Shown here: piece by piece, positions 10,185-19,895 of the stretch
Layout of the letters: each line of letters opens with the position of its first letter
How positions within the stretch are numbered: position 1 is the first letter of the stretch
Origin: an uncultured Acidobacteriota bacterium
GTDB lineage: Bacteria; Acidobacteriota; Blastocatellia; RBC074
Direction of reading: 5' to 3'
Length of the DNA: 64,000 nucleotides
Assembly (NCBI GenBank): GCA_963796275.1
Contig: CAWCKY010000006.1
Span: forward strand, 1,664,001-1,728,000
Notes under the pieces: generated by a model
What the model was told of the DNA's origin: nothing
Database searches by the model: none
The model's input: the letters and a program-made list of their open reading frames with translations, nothing else
Program-made: the position numbers and the translations under genes

Positions 10185-10397
10185 ATGGCTCAAGAACGTC
10201 AAGAAACTCAAGAACTGGTAATTACAAATCTTGCCACAAGTGAAGTCTGTACTAAGACTGCACCGTACGTAAGCAGCAGCACACCTCCCGTGATAGTGTT
10301 TATCAATAAAGGAGATAAGTTCCCGCCGAGTCCCATATCAACTTCCAGCCAACCTACCACCTGGACCCTTGTGAGTGGAACTCAGACGACTATTTAA
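10185..10397 (+). CDS. Small protein, YjzC-like
   Basis: Strong RBS TAAGGAGA; TSEVC..APY..VFINKGDKFPP..WTLV pattern resembles YjzC-family small proteins. Confidence 0.6.
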   Translation: MAQERQETQELVITNLATSEVCTKTAPYVSSSTPPVIVFINKGDKFPPSPISTSSQPTTWTLVSGTQTTI

Positions 10398-10476
10398 CCG
10401 CCCGATAAACGGGGAATCGATAGTTGATAATTGGTAATTCGTATAAATTTTTGCCACAGGTTATGCGAACCAGCAA

Positions 10477-11760
10477 TTATTGATTCCCCGTCGCACGCTT
10501 GCCGATGCAGTACAAATTTTCTGCGGTGCGAATGAAAATCTGGCCATCGGAAATTGCTGGTGTGCTCAAGCAGTACCCATCCAGTTGATTCTCAGCCAGT
10601 ATCTCAAATTTGGGGCCGGCCTTGACCACGTTCGTCAAACCGTCCTCGTTTGTAATATATATTTTCCCATCCGCCAGCACTGGAGATGCGCTATAGGTGC
10701 CGGGATTGAGACGCTGTCGCCCATAAATATCCTCGCCCGTCTTTGCGTTGATGCACCACATCACCCCATTATCGCTGACGCTGTAAAGGTACTGGCCGTC
10801 AGTCACCGGGGTCGTCACGTGAGGTCCGTTGCTGTGAGTCCAAAGCCGGTGAGTGTTTGTGATATCGGCGTGCCCGCCCGTGCGGAAAGCCGTGAACGGT
10901 TTGACGCGCGCGGGCGCGTAGATAACTCCGTCAAATACCACCGGCGAAGCGACGGCGTGGAAGACGGGATTTTGGGTGGGATTCAGCCCGTTGGCGCGCC
11001 ATACCTCCTTCCCGCTACCCACATCGTGCCCCGTCATACAATCGCCGCCGAGCACCACGATCTGGACAACCTCCCCCTCTTTGAGAAGCGCGGGCGTGGC
11101 GTAGGAATCGAGCGATTCCCTGACGGCGTTCGAGGGGCGTTCAATGCGCCAGACCGTTTTGCCGGTCTTCTTCTCGATCCGCAATACATATGACGGCTCG
11201 TCGGTCTTTGTCCCGTGCACGACCTGCAGATAAAGCGAATCTTCGTAAAGCAGCGGCGAGGAGCTATAACCGTGGTTCATCCCGAACCGGCCATATTCCT
11301 TTTGAATATCGCGCGACCATATTTCACCGCCGGCGAAGTCGAAGCATTTGATGATGCCGGTGCCGGTCATTACCCAAACATTGCTGCCATCGGAAACAGG
11401 AGATGGGCTCGACATGTTCTGTTTACGTTGTCTGCGATTCTCGCCGCCCAGCAACCGCTTCCAAAGCATGTTCCCTTGCTGCCGATCAATGCACCACAAA
11501 TAAATATTTTTATCCTCCGCGACGCTGAGAAAGACCTTCTCTCCCCAGACGATCGGCGCTGATGCGCTCCGTTCCGGCATCGCCAGTTTCCACGCGATGT
11601 TCTCGGTCATGCTCCATTTGATCGGCAAGTTACGCTCGTCGCTCGTTCCGTCGAGCTTGGGGCCACGCCATTGCGGCCAGTTCTCCGCGATGACGAGATT
11701 GAGCGAGATGAGCAGGCACATGGGGATAACAATCAACGCAATCGTTATTCTCCGGCGCAC
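10477..11760 (-). CDS. PQQ-like/BamB-like beta-propeller repeat protein, secreted
   Basis: Signal peptide, ENWPQWRG, repeated SSP/TG..W blades; RBS GGAGG. Confidence 0.88.
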   Translation of the reverse strand: MRRRITIALIVIPMCLLISLNLVIAENWPQWRGPKLDGTSDERNLPIKWSMTENIAWKLAMPERSASAPIVWGEKVFLSVAEDKNIYLWCIDRQQGNMLWKRLLGGENRRQRKQNMSSPSPVSDGSNVWVMTGTGIIKCFDFAGGEIWSRDIQKEYGRFGMNHGYSSSPLLYEDSLYLQVVHGTKTDEPSYVLRIEKKTGKTVWRIERPSNAVRESLDSYATPALLKEGEVVQIVVLGGDCMTGHDVGSGKEVWRANGLNPTQNPVFHAVASPVVFDGVIYAPARVKPFTAFRTGGHADITNTHRLWTHSNGPHVTTPVTDGQYLYSVSDNGVMWCINAKTGEDIYGRQRLNPGTYSASPVLADGKIYITNEDGLTNVVKAGPKFEILAENQLDGYCLSTPAISDGQIFIRTAENLYCIGKRATGNQ

Positions 11761-11883
11761 TAATTCCTCCGTTTATGAAAATTAAAAAATGTCGTGATTA
11801 ATGAATCGCGGGGCTAGAGCACAAGTCTATCTATGGAATCCACGATATGCAAAGTAGTTGATAGTTGATAGTTCAACTATCAA

Positions 11884-12777
11884 CTATGTATTCTTGATGT
11901 CTTCCAGTATCTGCTGTAACTCTTCGACCGAGGTTGGATCGAGGGATCGCGTAGGTGGCCGCACCGTGCAATGTTCGATGATGCCCGCGGCTTTGAGATT
12001 GTGCTTCATTGCGGATACACCCAGGCCCGGCTGAAGTTCAAAGCGAATGAGCGGCAGGTGGCGATTGAATTCGGCGCGCGCTTCTTTCATCCGTCCGGAT
12101 TCGTAATAGCTCCAGACCTTGACGAACATCGCCATCATATCGCTGCCGGGCATCGTACCTCGTGCGCCGCGCTGCAACTCCTCGAGAAAGAAATGCCCGT
12201 TCAGACCGCCGAAGCATACTAGGTGGGAATCGGCGGAGAGTTGCAATGCGCCGATTTTTTCAGTCGTCGGCGGCGCTTCGACTTTGCAATATCTGACGTT
12301 GCTGCACTCCCTCGCCATCCGCGCGATTTGCGGGACGCTCATGTTGACGCCGGTAAGTAGCGGCGCATCCTGGATAATGATGGGGATGCCGACAGCATCG
12401 GAGATAGCCTTGTAATATCCGAACAGGTCTTCGGCTGTCGGTTTGAGGAGATATGGGGGCAGGATCATCAAACCATCCGCGCCTGCATCCTGCGCCTGGC
12501 GTGAGAGTTGAACGGCAACGTGTGTTCCGGTGTGTCCCGTCGATACGAAGACCGGCACACGGCCGCGCACTTCGCCGATGATCAGTTTCATCAGCCGCGA
12601 CTTTTCAGATTCGCTGAGCGCGTAGCCTTCGCTCGCATTGCCGAAGATCGCCATACCGTGTACGCCGCAGTCGATCAGGTAATTGATGAGCGCAAGCTGG
12701 CTCATCGTATCGATTTGGTAATCTTCGTCAAAAGGAGTGAGCGCGATAGGGAAAATACCCTCGAATATTTTATCCAT
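11884..12777 (-). CDS. DHDPS/NAL family aldolase or dehydratase
   Basis: GIFPIALTPF, GNASE, IIIQDAP, Schiff-base Lys in CKVE, GGLNG..ELQRGARGTMPG. Confidence 0.88.
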   Translation of the reverse strand: MDKIFEGIFPIALTPFDEDYQIDTMSQLALINYLIDCGVHGMAIFGNASEGYALSESEKSRLMKLIIGEVRGRVPVFVSTGHTGTHVAVQLSRQAQDAGADGLMILPPYLLKPTAEDLFGYYKAISDAVGIPIIIQDAPLLTGVNMSVPQIARMARECSNVRYCKVEAPPTTEKIGALQLSADSHLVCFGGLNGHFFLEELQRGARGTMPGSDMMAMFVKVWSYYESGRMKEARAEFNRHLPLIRFELQPGLGVSAMKHNLKAAGIIEHCTVRPPTRSLDPTSVEELQQILEDIKNT

Positions 12778-12795
12778 CCAGCAAAGCTCCGTTGT

Positions 12796-13968
12796 TTAGT
12801 TGACAATGAATGGTTGTAATTTCTCTTGGTTGATCTCGATTCCCAGCCCTGGGCCATCAGGAATGCCTATGGTCCCAGCGCCGACCGGCAGGGAACTGAC
12901 CGACATCTCTTCCGCCACGCGCCAGACCTGGGGATTGTATTCGACATAAAACAGGTTCGGGACGGATGCCGCGAAGTGCAAAGCGGCTGCGATCTGTACC
13001 CCGAGTCCAATGCTGATATGGATCGCGAGCGGCACATTATAAAGCTCGGCCATCGCCGCCAATTTCATCCCTTCGGTAATACCGCTGCGTCCGATGTCGG
13101 GTTGAAAAATTTCTACTGCGCCGGCGATGAAGAACGGCTGCATTTCCCAGCGCGTGCGGTAGCTCTCGCCTATCGCAACAGGCGTCTCGATGCTTGCGGC
13201 CAACCGCGCGTGCCCGGCCACATCTTCCGGTTTGAGCGGCGCTTCGAACCAGCCGGCAGATCTGGTATCGAGCTGTTTCCCTATGCTTACCGCCTGTGCC
13301 GCATCGAACCGCCAGAGCGCATCGATAAAAATTTGCGTTTTCGGACTTAAGGTTTCGCGCAATCCATCGATCAACCGCAGTATTTCGTCCGGCGCGCCGT
13401 CGATAAACAGCTTGAAAGCATTGAAACCCTGCCGCTGATATTCAACCGCCTGTGCGATGCGTTCATCATTGGTTGCGCCGGTTAGACCGGAGATATAGGC
13501 GGGCAATGGGTTTTTAAAAGGGCCGCCGAGCAGATCGCAGATGCGCGCATTCAGTGCTTTGCCGCGGATGTCCCAGATGGCGATATCGATTCCCGCAATC
13601 GCATCGAGCATAAAGGATGAGGTGTGGCCCCGCGCGCGCATAGCGGAGTACATCAAGGACCAGAGTTTTTCGTGCGCCAGCGGATCCTCATCGATCAGGA
13701 GCGGCGCGAGAATAAGTTTAATTATGGTACATGCGATCTCCGGCGCGACGGGCGATTGCGATTCGCCCCAACCGGTGACTCCGGCGTCCGTTTCGATTTT
13801 GATCAGGGCGGTTTCGATCTTTGAAGAATAGAGTGTTTGATATGTTGTGGCGAAGCGGTAATCGCCGGCAGACTCACGCAATGAGGCAGGGGAACCGGCG
13901 GTGCCGAGTGATGTCGACAGATCGCGTGGTATCTTGACGGCGTATGCTGTGACCCGGGTAATTTTCAT
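12796..13968 (-). CDS. Mandelate racemase/muconate lactonizing enzyme family sugar-acid dehydratase
   Basis: GWGE, GIDIAIWD, metal ligands IDA..FEAP..IGE, QPDIGRSGIT, PGLGIE. Confidence 0.9.
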   Translation of the reverse strand: MKITRVTAYAVKIPRDLSTSLGTAGSPASLRESAGDYRFATTYQTLYSSKIETALIKIETDAGVTGWGESQSPVAPEIACTIIKLILAPLLIDEDPLAHEKLWSLMYSAMRARGHTSSFMLDAIAGIDIAIWDIRGKALNARICDLLGGPFKNPLPAYISGLTGATNDERIAQAVEYQRQGFNAFKLFIDGAPDEILRLIDGLRETLSPKTQIFIDALWRFDAAQAVSIGKQLDTRSAGWFEAPLKPEDVAGHARLAASIETPVAIGESYRTRWEMQPFFIAGAVEIFQPDIGRSGITEGMKLAAMAELYNVPLAIHISIGLGVQIAAALHFAASVPNLFYVEYNPQVWRVAEEMSVSSLPVGAGTIGIPDGPGLGIEINQEKLQPFIVN

Positions 13969-14000
13969 TTTGTAATGTTAAGCGGACAGTCACCATGCCG

Positions 14001-15296
14001 CTAGCATGGCATAGGAGCGCATTTTTTCACCAAACGGCGAACACACAAATAGGCCACCGGATGCAACACACCCATCAATGCCAGCACGGGCGTATACGAT
14101 TGCCACTCAATCAGATACCCTGCCACCGTCGTGAAGATCGCGCCCCCGATGCCGCCGCCCGTGGCGACGATGCCGTGCGCCGAAGCCACTACGCGACGCG
14201 GGAAAATATCGACGGTCAACGTGACCAGATTCGTCTTCCACGCGGAATGGATGAACAGCACGAAACTGATCAGCAGAATCGTGAGCGGCGTCGTAGGCTT
14301 AAAGAGCAAAAGCAATCCCACCGGCATCAGCAGCGCCGAGGCAAACATCACGGTCTTGCGCGCAGTGATGGCATCGATCCCTCGCCCGATCAACCTTCCC
14401 GAATACCACCCGCCTGTGATCGAACCGGCATCGGCCGCGAGATATGGTATCCATACGACCAAACCCATCTCTGCCAACGTCAACCCTTTCGCTTCGGTCA
14501 GATACTTCGGCATCCAGAATAGATAGAACCACCAGACCGGATCGGAGATGACCCGCGCCACAAGCAGCCCCCACGTTTCAGTGAATCTGAAAAAATCGAT
14601 CCACCTCGGCAAAGTGATGTCGGAGACGCCAGACGGCACCGCGCGAGTCTCACCATCCCTGATCAGCTTCAGCTCTTCCTCGGTAATCCGAGGATGGTGT
14701 TCGGGCAGGTGATAGAAACGCACCCAGGCGATTGCCCAGATCAATCCCAACGACCCGGTAAACAGAAACGCCGCGCGCCAACCGTAACGCAGAGAGAGCC
14801 AGACGACGACAGGCGGAGTAATCAGCGCGCCAGTCACCGTTGCCGCCTGCACCAGTCCGTTGAGCGTGCCGCGCTCTTTGGGAGGATACCACTCCGCGGC
14901 GACTTTTTCGGCCGCTACGAAATTCGCCGATTCCGCGGTGCCCAGCAGGAAGCGGAATACCCCCAGTCCGAACGTCGAACTCGCGGTAGCATGCAGCATC
15001 GCGGCGATGGACCACCAGATGGTCGCCGCACCATATATCAATTTGACGCCGTATCGGTCAATGAGCAGGCCCGAGACGATGTACATCAGCGTGTAGGGAA
15101 TCAGAAAGGCCTGCGAAATCCAACCATACTCGATATTGCTGATGCCGAGCTCTTTCGTCAGTTGCGGCGCGAGCACGGACAGGGTTTGCCGGTCGACGTA
15201 GTTGATGACGGTACTGAGAAAGACCAGCCCGGCAATCCACCAGCGCAGGCGTGGGGTCCTTTTGAGGGCGGGCTTTACTGTGGGTTCAGCGATCAT
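14001..15296 (-). CDS. MFS transporter, hexuronate (ExuT)-like ACS family
   Basis: RWWIAGL..INYVDRQTLS, EWYPPKERG, DPVWWFYLFWMPKYL; about 12 TMs; upstream in-frame ATG at 15326 lies within a repeat. Confidence 0.9.
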   Translation of the reverse strand: MIAEPTVKPALKRTPRLRWWIAGLVFLSTVINYVDRQTLSVLAPQLTKELGISNIEYGWISQAFLIPYTLMYIVSGLLIDRYGVKLIYGAATIWWSIAAMLHATASSTFGLGVFRFLLGTAESANFVAAEKVAAEWYPPKERGTLNGLVQAATVTGALITPPVVVWLSLRYGWRAAFLFTGSLGLIWAIAWVRFYHLPEHHPRITEEELKLIRDGETRAVPSGVSDITLPRWIDFFRFTETWGLLVARVISDPVWWFYLFWMPKYLTEAKGLTLAEMGLVVWIPYLAADAGSITGGWYSGRLIGRGIDAITARKTVMFASALLMPVGLLLLFKPTTPLTILLISFVLFIHSAWKTNLVTLTVDIFPRRVVASAHGIVATGGGIGGAIFTTVAGYLIEWQSYTPVLALMGVLHPVAYLCVRRLVKKCAPMPC

Positions 15297-15309
15297 CTGT
15301 TGAGCAAAG

Positions 15310-15414
15310 CATTTATCATTTATCATTCGTCATTTTACATTTGTCATTTGTCATTGAAGGAAGGCATATCAATCAATGACAAATGTAAAATGTAAAATGA
15401 CAAATGATAAATGC
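15310..15414. repeat. Palindrome of heptamer repeats (CATTTGT)n-loop-(ACAAATG)n
   Basis: catttatcatttatcattcgtcattttacatttgtcatttgtcatt ... aatgacaaatgtaaaatgtaaaatgacaaatgataaatg; same family at 42410-42507 and 43981-44077. Confidence 0.85.
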
Positions 15415-15439
15415 CCACGGTTCCATGGCAATCCGAGAA

Positions 15440-17398
15440 TCAATAACAACGCACCTCGAAGATGCGAGCGAGCTTGTCGCCGTTAGTTTCCCGGACGTGA
15501 ATCCGGATGCGCTTCGCGGTGACCGGACTGAACTCGTGGCGGCGCAACCGCTGATGATTGCGCTCCACTCGGGCGAGTTCCACCCACTCCTTTCCTTCGT
15601 CCGTTTGATAGAGCAGCGAATACTGCCTGACCGTCTCCGGCTGCGGCGCGCGCAAGATGTCGATGTTTGCCGCTGCGGATGATGAGAGCGTCAGTTCGCG
15701 CTGGAAGCCGGAATCGAAGGTGAGCTGCACCCGCCGGATCGTCTGCGGTTTTTCCCAGGCGAGTTCGAGCCACGCGCCTGTTTCGCCGAGCGGCGCGGCC
15801 CAGCGGTTTTCATAATCCGGGAGAGCGCGCACCCACCCGTTAATTACATTCACTGCCGTGCAATTCTCGTGTTCGCCTGAAGCGGTTACGCGCGCCAGAC
15901 GCGCCAGATCATGAGGGTCTTCGTTCTTCAATCCCTTGATGCTCTGGTCATCACGCAGAAGCGTTTGTTGCAACGCCTTGAGCATTGCCTTGTCCTCATA
16001 CAAACCGCGAGGCAGTAATTTGTGCTGGATGCAAAGCGCGGCGGTCGTACCGATCGCCTGACCCTCGACCGCGCAGGTTCCCATGACGCGCGTCGAGCTG
16101 AATGCGGTGTGCGTGGCGCTCATGTTGCGCCCGGCCATGAAAAGGTTACGGATGTTTTTACTGTACAGGCTGCGCAATGGAATATTGTAGACATCCTTCA
16201 GCTTGATCGAGACGAATGGCGGTTTCTCAGGATCCTCGAATCCGGTCGGCGGGTGTTCATCGAGGTTCCATCCGCCGATGCAGACGGCGTCTTCGAAATC
16301 GCCGTTGAGCCCCATCAGGTCCTGCTGCGTAAGGATGTGATCGCCGACCAGCCGGCGCGCTTCGCGTTTGCCCGGTAGCATCCCTACCCAATCGAGCGCC
16401 CAGTTGGCGGAAGTGGGAAACCTGCCGGAATTCTTGATGTGGCCCCAGACGCCCATGACTATTCCGAGCAACTCGAAGCGTATCCGCTCGTTGTCGCGGA
16501 TGGTGTTCATATGGCCGCCCCACTCAATCCACCAGTAACCGTATTCCCAGGACTTGATCGGGCGTGATTTCAGGTCCTTCTCCGTAATCTTGCGGGCCCA
16601 CTTCGGCGGCGTGAATGGCATGGGCTTACCGAAATCGCGGGCCGTGAACAATATGCTGCAGCCCTGCGTCTGTCTGTCCGCCGTCTCCGGCGCGAGCGAT
16701 TCGCCGAACTCCTCGCGTGATTCGTGACCAACCCGGAACATTGCGCCCGATTCGAGGCCCAACCGGCTGTCGCCCGTGCAATCGCAGAAAAGCTTGGCGG
16801 TAATGCGGTAGATGTGCTCCGTGCGATCGCAGCGCGCCTGCACGCGCTGAATCGTCCCGTCCTTCGATTCGGCGGAATAGAGCGTCGTTTCCAAAAGGAG
16901 CGTGATGTTCGGTTCGCTGACGACCTTGTCGTAAAGCAGCAGGTCCCACAATTCCCAGCAGCGCTGCGGATTGTTGGCCGCGTCGTCGAGCCTGAACTCT
17001 TCGAGGAGGCCGCCTTCGCGCCAGCCGGGGCGGCTCTTGTGATTGTTGGCCCCAACGACGTGCATCTTGATCTCACTCGATGAATTCCCGCCGAGACGCG
17101 AGCGGTCCTGTACGAGGACGACTTTAGCACCATTGCGCGCGGCGCTGACCGCGGCCAGAACGCCGGCCAGGCCGCCACCGGCGACCATCAGGTCGCAGGA
17201 GAGGTCGACCATCGTCATGTTGCGCTCAGTGGGGGCCGCGTTCCTGTCGCTCTGCGGCGCGATCCGCTCTAGCTCCCGGCGTATCTGATCGGCCGATCTG
17301 GGGGCTTGATCGTACTGCTGGGCCAGCCCATCTACCGAAATGAATATTGAGTAGCCGGTCGCACCGGCCGCAGTCGATAAGAAATCTCGGCGTTTCAT
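15440..17398 (-). CDS. Tat-exported FAD-dependent oxidoreductase (FAD_oxidored-type) with C-terminal discoidin/CBM32-like domain
   Basis: KRRDFL Tat motif; VAGGGLAG Rossmann; GGNSSSE, DCTGD, KREARR, STRVMGTC; C-terminal ARIFEVRCY. Confidence 0.88.
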   Translation of the reverse strand: MKRRDFLSTAAGATGYSIFISVDGLAQQYDQAPRSADQIRRELERIAPQSDRNAAPTERNMTMVDLSCDLMVAGGGLAGVLAAVSAARNGAKVVLVQDRSRLGGNSSSEIKMHVVGANNHKSRPGWREGGLLEEFRLDDAANNPQRCWELWDLLLYDKVVSEPNITLLLETTLYSAESKDGTIQRVQARCDRTEHIYRITAKLFCDCTGDSRLGLESGAMFRVGHESREEFGESLAPETADRQTQGCSILFTARDFGKPMPFTPPKWARKITEKDLKSRPIKSWEYGYWWIEWGGHMNTIRDNERIRFELLGIVMGVWGHIKNSGRFPTSANWALDWVGMLPGKREARRLVGDHILTQQDLMGLNGDFEDAVCIGGWNLDEHPPTGFEDPEKPPFVSIKLKDVYNIPLRSLYSKNIRNLFMAGRNMSATHTAFSSTRVMGTCAVEGQAIGTTAALCIQHKLLPRGLYEDKAMLKALQQTLLRDDQSIKGLKNEDPHDLARLARVTASGEHENCTAVNVINGWVRALPDYENRWAAPLGETGAWLELAWEKPQTIRRVQLTFDSGFQRELTLSSSAAANIDILRAPQPETVRQYSLLYQTDEGKEWVELARVERNHQRLRRHEFSPVTAKRIRIHVRETNGDKLARIFEVRCY

Positions 17399-17414
17399 AA
17401 GCCTCCTTAGAAAA

Positions 17415-17504
17415 TAGTTTTTAGTTTTCAGTTTTCAGTTGGGCGGTCTCGATCGGCAACTAAAAACTAAAAACTAAAAACTGAAAACTGAAAACTGAAA
17501 ACTA
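17415..17504. repeat. Palindrome of heptamer repeats (YAGTTTT)n-core-(AAAACTR)n
   Basis: tagtttttagttttcagttttcagtt-gggcggtctcgatcggc-aactaaaaactaaaaac...; second copy at 57120-57194. Confidence 0.85.
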
Positions 17505-18779
17505 TGAACCTGTTGTGAACTCTATCCATCCCCCGGATTCGACGGACTGATTGGCGATCAGAATCGTCGCGCAATCGGTCAACCCGACGGTCGCATCGGC
17601 GATCGTCTTCACGTCTCTCCTCCGGACGTGATCGATGAAGGAGACGAGTTCGTCGCGTGTGTCATTGCCCTCTTCGATGTCGATCTCGAACGGCGTACCG
17701 CGGTGAGCCCACGGGTCGTTCGATAGCTTCAGAGTCTTTCCTGCAGTGACTACCGCGGCGTTCGCCTCCGCCGCATTTTTACTGCTTTCCCACGGCACGA
17801 CGTCCGCGCCTTTCTCCTGAAAGAGCAATCCCTTCGAACTGGTCAGGTAAAGACTTCCTTTCGTGCCCATAATCAGCTCCGCCGCTCCTTCGTAGGCATT
17901 GTTGCAGAGCGAGGTGTAGTTGACGCGGACTGTATAGGTTTTCGCCTTTGGGTTGTTCTTCGGTGGGGGAATGTCATACTCGTACAGACACGAGATGTTG
18001 TCGAGCACTTCGCGGCCATCGCGGTAATAATCGACCCCGCCGGAGGCGAAGACGCGTTTAGGGGCTGTCCCGAGGAACCAGTTCACGACATCCAGTTGAT
18101 GGCTGCCCAACTCCGCCATCAGTCCGCCGGAGAATGCTCTGTACAATCGCCAGTTGAGCCGCTTTTCCAGGACATTCCAGTTCGCATCGGACTTCGGCAC
18201 GGGGACCGGGCGCCGCCAGGAGTTGTTGCGATGCCACTGAGCCTTGATCGAGGTAACCTGCCCGATCATCCCCGCTGCGACCATCGCTTGCGCCTGTTTG
18301 TAGATAGGATTCGCCCGTCGCTGCAGCCCGATCTGAAAAACGCTCTTTGACGTGGCAATCTGTCGCGCGAGCTTATTCGCCTCGGCGATGGAATAACACA
18401 TGGTCTTTTCCAGAAACAGATCGCATCCGGCGGCTAGACAATCGGCGGCGATCCGGTAATGCAGATGCAATGGGACGGCGATCACGACCGCCTGCGGCTT
18501 TATGTCGTCGAGCATCTTGCGATAGTCGGCGAAAGTCCTTGTTTTGGGCCCGGCGTACTTTGCGCCCTGCTCCAGGTGCGGCGGGTAATCGTCACATGCG
18601 CCGGCGATCTCCACGCCGTCTATGGTCGACAGAGCGCGGATGAGGTCCGATCCGCGCGCTCCGGTGCCGATCACAGCGAATCTCACCGGCTGTTCATCGG
18701 TTGCGTTTGGTTGAGCGATTGCACTTGTGGTTAAGATCGCTCCGGCGGTGCCCAGAAAAGTTCGACGTGTGATAGACAT
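17502..18779 (-). CDS. Tat-exported Gfo/Idh/MocA family oxidoreductase
   Basis: MSITRRTFL Tat motif, IGTGARG, EKT, GLQRR, NWRLY..SGGLMAELGSHQLD. Confidence 0.9.
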   Translation of the reverse strand: MSITRRTFLGTAGAILTTSAIAQPNATDEQPVRFAVIGTGARGSDLIRALSTIDGVEIAGACDDYPPHLEQGAKYAGPKTRTFADYRKMLDDIKPQAVVIAVPLHLHYRIAADCLAAGCDLFLEKTMCYSIAEANKLARQIATSKSVFQIGLQRRANPIYKQAQAMVAAGMIGQVTSIKAQWHRNNSWRRPVPVPKSDANWNVLEKRLNWRLYRAFSGGLMAELGSHQLDVVNWFLGTAPKRVFASGGVDYYRDGREVLDNISCLYEYDIPPPKNNPKAKTYTVRVNYTSLCNNAYEGAAELIMGTKGSLYLTSSKGLLFQEKGADVVPWESSKNAAEANAAVVTAGKTLKLSNDPWAHRGTPFEIDIEEGNDTRDELVSFIDHVRRRDVKTIADATVGLTDCATILIANQSVESGGWIEFTTGS

Positions 18780-18891
18780 AGCAAGAAATTCACCGCAAAA
18801 GCCACAAAACAAAAAAACACAGAAGAAATCCTTTGCTGTTTTTGTGTTCTTTTGTAATTTTGCGATTTTTGTGTAAAACCCTCCTTGTGTT

Positions 18892-19729
18892 CTACTTAAT
18901 CCAGGCAAAGCCGCCGTCAGGTTCATACCATCCAACTTTCAAACCCGCATCGGACCGCTCTGCCAGATAATCGATAGCTTGTTCCCTTCCCATCGCCAGC
19001 AGCGCGGTGGAAAGAATCTCCGCATCGGTAGCGTTCGCCGCCAGCACCACGCAGGCGGCATCGCCTAACAACGGGTCTCCGGTCAGCGGATTGATCACAT
19101 CCGATTGTTGCTGGCCAGGGTGTCGCACGGCGGAACAGGATAATCCTCGATCTGCCAATTTCAGTTGCGCCACGGGCTCTCCCAAAGACAGCAGCGGGTG
19201 GCGAACTGCTACCGGCCATCCATCTGCGCCGTGAGGTGATCCAACCGCCAGTACAGAACTCGTTCCGGCATGCAGCAATCCGCAGGTCACACCGAATCGC
19301 AGCATGACTTCACGAGCGCGATCGAGCGCATATCCCTTACCGATACCGCCCAGGTCAATCAACACGTCAGGTCCGCTGAACCGCACTGTGCAGAATTCGG
19401 AATCGAATTGCAGCGCGGGGGCCTCTCCTTGGTGAGAAGCTGCAACATCGAAATATCCGGCAGTCAATCGGCGCGCCTCTTCACAATTCTCCAGCAGTCC
19501 GAATACCTCGCGATCGACGCGGACCGGCCGCCCCGCCGCCCCTCTGTTGATGCGGGCGATCTCACCGCGCGGGTCGAATCGAGATAGCACGCAGTCAAGT
19601 CTGCGTATCTCCTCCACCACATCGACAGCCACTGCTTCCAGGTGCTCACGGTCATGCCTGCCCCTGCCCCGTGAGGAAGAACTCGAAGCGCGTGCCCATG
19701 GCGAGAAAGTGTTGTTGAAAGTGAGTCAT
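18892..19729 (-). CDS. apbE: FAD:protein FMN transferase (ApbE family), no signal peptide; +1 frameshift near 19668
   Basis: AMGTRF N-terminus, LSRFDPRGEIARIN, IDLGGIGKGYALD, INPLTG, AEILSTALLAMG; one extra G in ggggcagggg. Confidence 0.85.
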
Positions 19730-19895
19730 CGCTCAAATCAGATCGCGCAAGATCGGGATGTTTATCTCACGCAGAGCCGTAAAGACGCAAAAGAGATGAA
19801 GAGAAAAGGGGGGAGAGATCGACTTATTCACATCTTTTCTCTTATCTATTTTCCTTTGCGTTTGGCTATGTGCGAGATTTCCCATCTGCCAAACG

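Noticed and set aside
10185-10397. RiPP precursor modified by the multicopper oxidase
   Set aside because: Looks like a folded YjzC-like domain; no leader/core structure, peptidase or exporter nearby
10477-11760. PQQ-dependent dehydrogenase or bamB (also 51873..53198)
   Set aside because: Only generic propeller repeats; no lipobox, no dehydrogenase motifs, no pqq genes
11884-12777. dapA (lysine biosynthesis)
   Set aside because: GNASE replaces GTTGE, QDAP replaces YNVP, and the context is sugar-acid catabolism
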